Assembly (NCBI RefSeq): GCF_009914755.1
Contig: NC_060927.1
Direction: 5' to 3' (one strand)
Origin: the human T2T-CHM13v2.0 reference genome, Homo sapiens
Length of the DNA: 64,000 nt
A program made the position numbers and the translations under genes. The notes beneath the pieces were generated by a model. The model searched no databases, had not been told where the DNA came from, and was given only the letters and a program-made list of their open reading frames with translations. Of the stretch, positions 54,991 through 64,000 are shown piece after piece; position 1 is the first letter of the stretch; each line of letters begins with the position of its first letter.

Positions 54991-56569
54991 TGTCATGGGA
55001 TCCTTCAGGTGTCGCTTCACCAGCTGGAAACGTCTATGACCAGCAGCGCCTCTGCTTGAGTTTTGCTCATGCCTGCTGGATTTGTTCCACCCACTCGGCC
55101 CAGCAGGCTGCACTCAGCTTGCACTACTGGCCTGGATCCCACACCTGCCAAGGGTGAGCCAGGCACAAAGTGGCGAGGGGTGTGTGAGTGAGCAATCATG
55201 AGGTCTGCCCACTGTGCACAGCCAGGTACACTGGCTTCAGTGGCAGGGAAGGCAGCTACAGGTGCCAGCTCCGTGCAAGGCTGTAGCTGTACCAGATACA
55301 CCACAAGAGGCTTCCACTGCAGGCACCCACATCCAGACAAGGGGAATGCAGTGGCACCTGAAAGCTCAGAGATGCCAGGAACTTCAGAGCCCCATAGAAG
55401 GTATTACAGTGTGTCACAGCTCTGGCTTAGGAAGCCCTGAGATCTGGGTTCCCAGGAAGGCTGCAGCTCTTCTTTCTCTTTGCCCACAGCATGGCAAATG
55501 GAGGAAAGCATGTTTTCTCGGGGTCATGTTTCAGCTAGTTTGTGCTGCAGCTCTTTCAGTCCCACCGTCCTGCTCCGGCCCATGGCTCCTGAGCTGACCT
55601 GACCCCACCACTGCAGGTTTCAAGTTCTTGTCCCACGTCTGGGAAGAATGAAGTTATGCAGACAACTGGAGGGTGAGCAAGACAGAGAGAAGCTTTATTG
55701 AGTGACAGAACAGCTCTCAGGAGACTCAAAGTGGTAACTCCTTTCAGCAGGCAGGTTGTACCAATGAGTATCTGAGTCTGGCTGAGTCTGGGGTTTTTAT
55801 TTGCTCAGAATGGAGGAAGTAGGTGCTGACTGGTCCATGGTCGGGCCTGGAAAAAGCACCATTCGACTGGCTAAAAGGCGTCAATGAAGTTCTCACTCTA
55901 AGTTGCAGACTCCACCTTGGATTGGCAGCCCAGTCCCCAGACTTCAGGCTGTTCCTGGCTTGAAGGTGGGATTTCACTGGGGTCCCACCACCTCCCACAT
56001 AGGCACCTGTCTGCCTCCCACCACCATCAACATGCTATCTGTGGTGCCCAGGCTGTCTATGCTGAGGGGTGCCTGCAGGCCCATGCTGAGCTTCCCTCAA
56101 TACCCCCGGCCTCCCTCCCTGAGTTCGTCAGAACCCAAAGCTTCAGAGGCGGCCAAGGTGGTGGGGGCAGGGGGCTGGCATGACAGCACCACCCCAAGTG
56201 TGTGCACACCCAGCTCGGTCGCAGCAGTGCCCAGGCTCAGCTACAGCTTTGCTCTGCACTGGAGCAGGTGCTGGGATTGGGAAGAGGCCAGGGAGTAGGA
56301 GCAGGCACTTCCAAGCCTGCAGGGGCAGGGGGCTTTCCAGGTCCTGAGAGCACAGGGATATCCGAGTCAGAACCACTGCTGGGCAGCTGCAGCTGCGCCT
56401 AGAAGTGCAGGCTCCCACCCTACCAACTCGGTAGGGTCCGGGGCTCCCACTGGGATCACCTGTTCCCTGCCCCTGCCAGCTTCACAGAGCATGCAGCCCC
56501 AGATGTGCCTCCCCCACTGTGGCCAGTGTCTCCACAGTGGCCAATCCGGTTGCGCTACTACCGCCATCA
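54991..56569 (-). mobile_element. MER52-type ERV1 solo LTR (copy 2)
   Basis: 1579 bp, ends TGTCATGGGATCC...CCGCCATCA. 4-bp TSD GTAG (54987-54990) / ATAG (56570-56573). Confidence 0.88.
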
Positions 56570-56574
56570 ATAGT

Positions 56575-56800
56575 ATAAACTTACATAGCCATTACTATGA
56601 GCCAGGCACTGTTCTAGGCACCTTACATATATTAATTCATTTGATGCTCACATCAACTTTCTGGAGTAGCTACTTTTTCAGAGATGGACAACTGTAACAT
56701 TAAGAAGTTAAGTAACTTGCTCTGAGTTACAAGGTAAGTGGGACTGCCAGGATTTGGACGCTTCATCTCTGGATCTGAAGCATACTTTCTTTACCACCAT
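56575..56800. mobile_element. MIR
   Basis: GCCAGGCACTGTTCTAGGCAC...AGTTAAGTAACTTGCTCTGAGTTAC. Confidence 0.75.
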
Positions 56801-57225
56801 GTTACGGTAATAGATTCATGTTTTACAAAAGATATTTCTTTATTATTCTTCAACAAGCATTTATTAAGTGTCTCTGTGTGCAGGTCACTTTTGCTGTTAG
56901 TCTTCTGGTTGAATTGTCTTCCACTTCCTCTGCTTTGATAACGTTGGCTTCCAGACAGCGTGGTAGAAGAGACAGTGTTGATGGGTCTTGGAGCTAGATG
57001 ATTGTGTAAGGAATATTTAAAAAAAAAAAAATGCAGGTAGTAGGATGTCACAACCAACCTTTTTAGGAATAAACTAGACAACTGTATGAAGAAATTGTTT
57101 ATTATTTTCATAGCCAAGAAACAAAAGATGTTCTCAGCCAAAGAGAAGTATATTGAGTGTCTTGTAGATATTTAACCTACCTTGGAAACAACTTGTCTTG
57201 ATAATAACTCTTTATACAGATTACA

Positions 57226-57482
57226 TTTCTTTTTTTTTTTTTTTTAATTAGACTTTAAGTTCTGGGATACGTGTGCAGAACGTGCAGTTTTTTGTTACAT
57301 AGGTATACCAGTGCCATGGTGGTTTGCTGCACCCATCAACCTGTCACCTACATTAGGTATTTCTCCAAATGTTATTCCTCCGCTAAGCCCCCTACCGCCC
57401 CGCCGACAGGCCCCGATGTGTGATGTTCCCCTCCCTGTGTCCATGTGTTCTCATCGTTCAACTCCCACTTATGAGTGAGAAC
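57226..57482 (-). mobile_element. L1PA (PA7/8-like) 3' end, 5'-truncated
   Basis: T tail followed by ACTTTAAGTTCTGGGATACGTGTGCAGAACGTGCAG...CCCACTTATGAGTGAGAAC. TSD ACA(G/A)ATTACA at 57216-57225 and 57483-57492. Confidence 0.93.
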
Positions 57483-58131
57483 ACAAATTACACAGCTTAA
57501 CTAGTCTGTCTAAGATAGTTAACTGTCCCTCAGATCTGCCCCATCTTAACTTCTAAATGGAATTTTTACTGTGATTACTTTTGTAAATATTAGAAAGTAA
57601 TAATTATGCAATTAGAATGATACCGGGAAGCTTTACATTTCACCGTGTATGAGTGGTAACATTTTTGAGAATTGAAAATTTTTGAGAAGCGATTTGGCTT
57701 CCTGAAAACTGTGTAGGGGCAGCAATGGTTTACCCTCTTGTCAGAAGCTTGTTTATACTGCAGATAAGATCGGTAGATACATTAAAACTCCACAGTTTCC
57801 CTGCCTAACAGGTGGGAGGTGGGGGCGGAATTAATTTAAGAAATATTCTTTGCTACATTTGCTAGCTCATAGGCCCAAGTGTTCTTACAGTACAGATAAG
57901 AGAGGCTATTTCTGGAAGCCCTGAGTACCTTGAGGCCTTTCATTACATATTTGAAACATGCCCAGGATGAAAAGGTTGAAAAATATACTCAGATGCTCAT
58001 CTTAATCTCTGGTGTCCTGTCAAGCAGGGTAGTTTATCATAATGGTTACCTTTCTGGTTTTTTTACTTCAGTCTTCGTATCTAATTGGCAGATGTAGTGA
58101 CAGGATAAGAGTCTTCACTTTAGAATTAGAG

Positions 58132-58791
58132 CAGTGGTCCCCCACCTTTTTGGCACTAGGGACCAGTTTCATAGAAGACAGTTTTTCAACAGACGGCATG
58201 GGTCGGGGAGATGGTTTTGGGATGATTCAAGCACGTTACATTTATTATACACTTTATTTATATTATTACATTGTAATATATAATGAAATAATTATATAAC
58301 TCACCATCATGTAGAATCAGTGGGAGCCCTGAGCTTGTTTTTCTGCATCTAGGTGGTCCCATCTGTGGGTGATGGGAGACAGTGTCAGGTCATTAGGTAC
58401 TAGATTCTCATAAGGAATACACAGCCTAGATCCTTCACATGTGCACTTCACAGTAGGGTTTGCATTCCTGTGAGAATCTATTGCCACCGCTGATGTGACA
58501 GAAGAGGACATTAGCATGCAAGATGTCATACAGCTGGTATAGAAAAGGGAAATTAGAGCCCGTAAAGTGAAACTCTTACTGTTTCCATGGTATAAGTGCA
58601 GAGGTCAAGGAAGAGGTGAGCCCTGCTAGTTTCTTGCTTTGCCTGGTAACAACAATAGTTTCATGGGATAATGCGAGTAATGCGAACAATGGGGAGAGCC
58701 TGTAAATACACATGAAGCTTTGCTCACTCACCTGCTGTGTGGCCTCCTTCCTAACAGGCCACGGACTGGTACTGGGAGTGGGGGACCCCTG
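58132..58791 (+). mobile_element. MER1A carrying a 163-bp foreign insert
   Basis: TIRs CAGTGGTCCCC...GGGGACCCCTG. 8-bp TSD AATTAGAG/GATTAGAG. Confidence 0.9.
58507..58669 (+). repeat. Dispersed direct duplicate of 54839-55001
   Basis: Manual alignment gives 155/163 identical, no indels, offset 3668 bp. Confidence 0.97.
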
Positions 58792-59269
58792 GATTAGAGG
58801 GTTCAGGTTTTCTTCTCTGGGTGTGACCTTGAGCAAAGCACTTCACTTTTCTGACCCTTAATATTATCGCCTTTGAAATGAAGGCCTTCAATGGAAGTGT
58901 TCAGCGGGGAAGGAGCCTTTTCATTTTTCCTAAGTATTCCTTTCTTTCCCCTTCCCCCCATATGCATGCTGAGAATCACTGCTGAAGTGAGTCATTTTTA
59001 CTGCAAGGAAAGGAAGGTATAGTGGAAAAGGGAAAAAAATGTTGAGAACCACACAGCTCATTTCTGGAGTCCTTTCAGCTAATTAAAGGATTGCAGATAT
59101 TATAATTCAGTATTTTAATTCTGATTGATTTTATGCCTAATTGTCCAAGTGAATGGATTTCTAGTCCAGTTCTAATGCTTGCTTGCTTCTGTGTTATAAA
59201 AAAATTGAACTCTAGATGGTTTCCAAAGTCTTTATAATCATAACCTATTTCTAACAACCTATGTATATA

Positions 59270-59352
59270 CATGTTGAACATCTGAAATTTGAAAATTTTA
59301 AATCTGAAAAACTTCTGGTCCCAAGCATTTCAGATAAGAGATACTTAACCTG
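59270..59352. mobile_element. Miniature Tigger4/MER46-like deletion derivative
   Basis: TA|CATGTTGAACATC...GATACTTAACCTG|TA. Internal CTTCTGGTCCCAAGCATTTCAGATAAG. Confidence 0.7.
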
Positions 59353-60719
59353 TAAAAAGTAAGACTTAGTTCTTGTTGATTCCGTGGTTGGTCTTTATGT
59401 TTACAAGTAAATGCATATTATAAAAATGTAGCTTAAAAAGAAAAGGAAGAATATACAGTTTTTCCCTGTAGTCTTTCTTCCTGCTTCCCAGTTTCTCTGC
59501 TTATCCCTGCTCACTACTTTATACAGTTATGTCTCTTAAAATTTTAAGTCTGTTGGCATAGTTGTGTACTCATTGCAAGGTATCCACACATTGGGAAAAT
59601 TAAATATACACGCACGTAACACAAAAAGAGGCAGGGAAGTCAAGGAGTGTCATGAACTTACTGAGGAAGTCTTCCTTTCTCAGTGACTCATAGAAGGCTC
59701 GTTTACTCTCTAAGCTTGCTGGCTACTGCTTTCCCTGGGAAAAGGAAGTATTATGATGATTAAGTAGTAGTTATTTTTTCATTTAAAATATTCTTTTTCT
59801 TCTATTTCTTACTCTCTGCTAAGTTGTTGACAGTGATAACAAAGGGTACAGAGTAGGTAACAATAGTGACTTTAAAATGATATTTGGTGAAAGATAGCCA
59901 AAATCATTTTTTTCATCTTTACATCTCAAATCTGTAAAGTGTGATTGAGGGTAAATATCATTCCCATTTATTAAGCATTCACTGACAAAAAAGTACAAAA
60001 TAATTATTTTTCTTGGAATATTTCAGGAGAATTAGAACCAGATGTTTAAGGACTAGGAAGAAGCCTTATGGGGGATAAAATTAACAGTCCATTTCTGCAT
60101 GGAGTTTAGTGTATGAAATGGGTCTTTTCTATCAGCGCTATTATATCCTAACTTCCTAAGATGTTTTGGTAGACTTTGGCAGTATTGGTTTTTTAAAAAA
60201 AAATTAATGAATACAAATACAGGGAATCTCAGGAGTCTATGGAATACTAGTCTTCATTTGTCCTCCTCTCAGACACTACAGTACTGGCCTGTTTCTGAAC
60301 ACCCTCTGGGGCATAGGGAATGCCTTTTCACTGTCAGTATAGAGTTCTTTTTTTCCTTTGATCCAGTTAATGCTGTTTCTTAATATGTCTTCTTCCCCCA
60401 AAATTAGAGGCCTATGTCTATGTTTTTATAACGTTTATATTTGCACAGAATGTTACCACTTCCAAAGGAGAACCTAGTACAGCCTTTAGGGGATCAGAAA
60501 GGTTGCAGCCAAGTTAAGAACTAGGGGTCAAATAGAATGGTCAGACCTACAGAACATCTTATGCAAAAGCCAGGAGACAAGAAAGAGCCCAGCTCTCTTG
60601 AAAGCTCTGCAAGTAATTCCAGTATGATTGGAGTAATAGAGTTGAAGGGGAGCTTTGGGATGGCAAGGGATGGGACCAGAAGTGTAAGCAGGAGCCAATT
60701 CTTTATGAAAGACTTTGTA

Positions 60720-61200
60720 TGCTGCAAAGGACTTTGGGCTTGATCGTGAAGAACCTAGAGAAAGCAGGGAAGCAAAAGATCCTACTTAAAGGAGTTTCTG
60801 GAAATTGCCCTAGCTGCAGTTTGGTAAACAGATTGGAGGGAAGCACAACTGGAGGCAGGGAAACCATGCAAGATGCTGGTGCCATAATCTAAATGAGAGC
60901 TGATGCGGCCAATAATCAGAGTACAGAGATAACAATGAAGTAAGATTCAACAGGATTTGGGGGACTTAGAGCAGAGGAGAAAAAAGAGGCATGGTCAAGG
61001 ATGACTCTCAGATTTATGACCAGATTAGAGATGCTAACAGTTTGGTAGGTGATTGTCAAAGGTAGGTAATGAGATACCCAGAATGAAGGTGAAGAGACTA
61101 GGTAGCTGAGGGTAGAACCCCTAAGTAGGCAGACATTGAAGAGGACAAACAACATGGAGTAGAACCCTAAATTAGAGGGAGACTGTCACTAGAGAAACAC
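60720..61200. mobile_element. L2 fragment
   Basis: GACTTTGGGCTTGATC...CTGGAGGCAGGGAAACC...GGTCAAGGATGACTC. Confidence 0.6.
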
Positions 61201-61825
61201 CTTCATTATTGTGTTGTATGCCAGAAGCTCAATATCCCTGCAGCTAGCTTCCAAAGGGACTTTGGACATAGGTGCAATATATAGTTTGAATGTGAACAAT
61301 GTACTTTCCCACAGGAAGGATGAATTCAGTTACATGGACTCTGCTTATAAGCAAGGATTGCTAAAGCTTTTGAAAAATCCCCTCATCTTCTTCTCACTAC
61401 CCTATTCCCTGGTAATTTCAGGTCAGTTCCCTGGACTTACAGGGACTGAACACCTATTCTTCAGACAAGATACTCCCTACCTGATCAATCACACACATAC
61501 TTTAAGAGAATTTCACTGGGTTGTAGGATTAGCAGACAGCAATTCTCACTTGCTGTGTAGTATGATTAGATTTTTTAAACACACAGTTTAGGTATCCATT
61601 ACCATTAAAAGTTTATTTTCAGCTAGCTAATTCCATGAATACTAATTTTAAAAAGCCCATTCCCCTTTGACTTCTTCTAGTTATGCCATCAATTATAATC
61701 CCTTCAATCAAGATTTAGACTTAACAATATACATAGCTTATGTTTTTTCAGCATTTGATATGTTCAAGCAAGGTTCTAAGCACTTTTTTTGTAATAATAC
61801 CATTAAACCTCCCAATAACCTCCCA

Positions 61826-62041
61826 ACTTCTTTGATTCATGATGTAGAAATATAGTGTGAGCTATGTATGTAATTTTAAATATCCTAGTAGCCACATTAA
61901 AAAGAAGAAAAAAGAAATAGGTGAATTTTATTTTAATACATTTTTAGCCCACCATTTCAACCTGTAATTATTATTAAATAATTATTAAATAGATAAATAG
62001 TAATTATTAAAATTACTAATGAGATATTTTACTCTCTTTTG
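61826..62041 (+). repeat. Diverged local duplicate of 63236-63464 (partial MER33 plus flank) inserted in a MIR (~61735-62150)
   Basis: Shares the non-MER33 flank ACTTC(T)TTGATTCATGAT and an AT-rich block with the downstream copy. MIR reads AATAACCTC|...|GAGGTACTATTATC across the insert. Confidence 0.75.
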
Positions 62042-62929
62042 AGGTACTATTATCTCATTTTACTTAAGAAGGGATTGAGGCACAGAAAGGTTTAGTGAAA
62101 AGTGGTGGCAAGTCAGACACATTCTTTCTGTGGAGCCAGAATCCCAACATTGCCGAGGCATCCTTCCTCTTTACCTGTCCCAAAGTCAGTGTTAAGTGAA
62201 AAAGCAGTAGACACAGCCAAAAACTCTTGGTCTTAGAATCACAGGTGTGGCACAGCAGATTGAAAGTATTCAGTATATCTAAAGCATCTTATGATCTTTA
62301 AGATGCTAAGTAAAGACAGCGAGAGCCTATTTTCATGATTTTTATTGCATGTAATATTTCAGCTGTACATAGGGGCTCATCCACTGTAGGCTGCAGCATG
62401 GGAAGCTGAACACAGTTTGATTCTGTTGCAGAATTTCTCCTGAAGCAGCAACCTTGGGCATTCAGCCAAATCGTAATTTGCTGATATTTTTCATTCTAAA
62501 AGATTTACCTCATTGTGTTTTTATTTTGAAATTTAACTATGAAAGCTTTAGGTTTTTTTTCTTATTTAAAAAATAAAATCTGAAAATAAAACAGTAAGGG
62601 AATTGATCATTTTCAGAATGTTGCAAGTGGGAAAACATTACTTAATAACCTAATACCTGAAAATCCTGTTGTTAAATAAACATTCTATTCATTGATAATT
62701 TGGATTTCCTAAGAGTGGCAGCAGTGGATATACATGATTTCTAAAGTTCTGCTATATCTAAATATACATCATAAGATTAGGTTACAGAATCATTATTTTT
62801 TTTTGATGTACACATCTTTGTAGCCTTGTTTTTCAGTCCTGAAACCATTCTTATAAATTTACAAAGCAGTCAACCTCTTTGAGTGTATTTTTGATCATCT
62901 GCAGCGTGTAACAGCAAGCACAACAGCAA

Positions 62930-63150
62930 CTGACATTTGGAGGGTTACTATTTTCCAAGTTCTGTGAGTACAGTTCTACTAAAAATTTACAAGATTTGTG
63001 CTATAATGATCTCATTTTGCAGTCAAGGAAACTAAGACATAGAAAAATTACACATTTACCCAGGTCCTAACAGGCTTTAAATGCCAAGGCTAGGATTCAG
63101 ACAACTTAGTCTGACTCCAGAGCCTGTTTATGTTCTTCATCATTGCTCTG
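62930..63150. mobile_element. MIR
   Basis: CTCATTTTGCAGTCAAGGAAACTAAGACATAG...TCTGACTCCAGAGCC. Confidence 0.7.
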
Positions 63151-63254
63151 TACTGCAAGTGTCCTCTGGCACCAAATTTTATTTGTTCAGCTTGAGAGAT
63201 AAGTGATCATTAAAAGATTAAAAGATTTCTTTCTCACTTCTTGATTCATGATAC

Positions 63255-63576
63255 AGAAATATGATGTGAGCCATGTATGTAATTTTAAATCTCCTGACAG
63301 CCAGACTAAAGGAAAAAAATAAGCAAAGCATATTTTCATACATCTTTACGCCAATACATTCCAAGTATTACCATTTCAACATGTAGTTGTTCATTAATAA
63401 TTATTAAATTAATAGGTAAATAGTAATTATTAAAATTATTAATGAGCTATTTTACTTTCTTTTGCATTAAGTCTTCAAACTTAGGTATATATTTTACACA
63501 TACAGCACATTTCAATTTGCCCTAGCCACATTTCAAGTGCTTAGTAGCCACATGGCTACCATATTATACAGCAAAG
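63255..63576. mobile_element. MER33 (hAT-Charlie)
   Basis: AGAAATATGATGTGAGCC...TAGCCACATTTCAAGTGCTTAGTAGCCACATGGCTACC. Confidence 0.8.
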
Positions 63577-63748
63577 TTTTGGATGTTGGGTTCTCAACTG
63601 GTACATATCCAAATAGGAGTGGGGCAGAGGGCTGTGTAGTTCAAGAACCACTGCTGTAAGCTTTGGGATTTCAAGTGATACATTTCTAAAATGTTAGAAG
63701 AGTCCAGGTTGCTAAAACCCAATTTTTATATGAGGGAAGTAGTATTAG

Positions 63749-64000
<252 letters not shown>

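Noticed and set aside
48066-56569. Provirus bounded by the two MER52 LTRs
   Set aside because: Each LTR has its own 4-bp TSD, copy 1 sits inside an AluJ that resumes immediately after it, and the interval holds MIR/L2/THE1/Alu rather than gag-pol.
58507-58669. Pack-type sequence capture by an actively transposing MER1A
   Set aside because: The donor is local and only ~5% diverged, far less than the decay of the MER1A itself, so the insert post-dates MER1A mobility.
61407-61437. CR1/L3 RT motif PGNFRSVPWT (cf. PGNYRPVSLT)
   Set aside because: Single short match with no supporting downstream motifs that I could read.

Overview
Primate (most likely human or great-ape) genomic DNA. It is AT-rich, dense in repeats and has no CpG island. 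No intact protein-coding gene, RNA gene or CRISPR array is supported, and the supplied ORFs are repeat-derived or chance. The window is probably inside a large intron of a + strand gene: 9 of 10 LTR elements and both clear L1 3' ends lie on the - strand, and two well-formed + strand candidate exons occur at 1165-1203 and 18888-19018. Main content: about 15 Alu/FLAM pieces, a full-length Tigger1 carrying four nested insertions, an ERVL provirus remnant with recognisable RT motifs, two MER52-type solo LTRs, MaLR LTRs (MSTA, THE1, MLT1), MER1A/MER1B/MER3/MER33/Kanga/Tigger4 DNA-transposon relics, L1PA/L1PB ends and many MIR/L2 fragments. I did not find a new gene system. The most unusual signal is a set of six templated-insertion scars, visible because they interrupt known repeats: a 163-bp 95%-identical local copy pasted into MER1A, an older ~215-bp copy pasted into a MIR, and four short fold-back or patchwork inserts in Alus. 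Repeat family names come from recalled consensus sequences and should be confirmed with RepeatMasker/Dfam.
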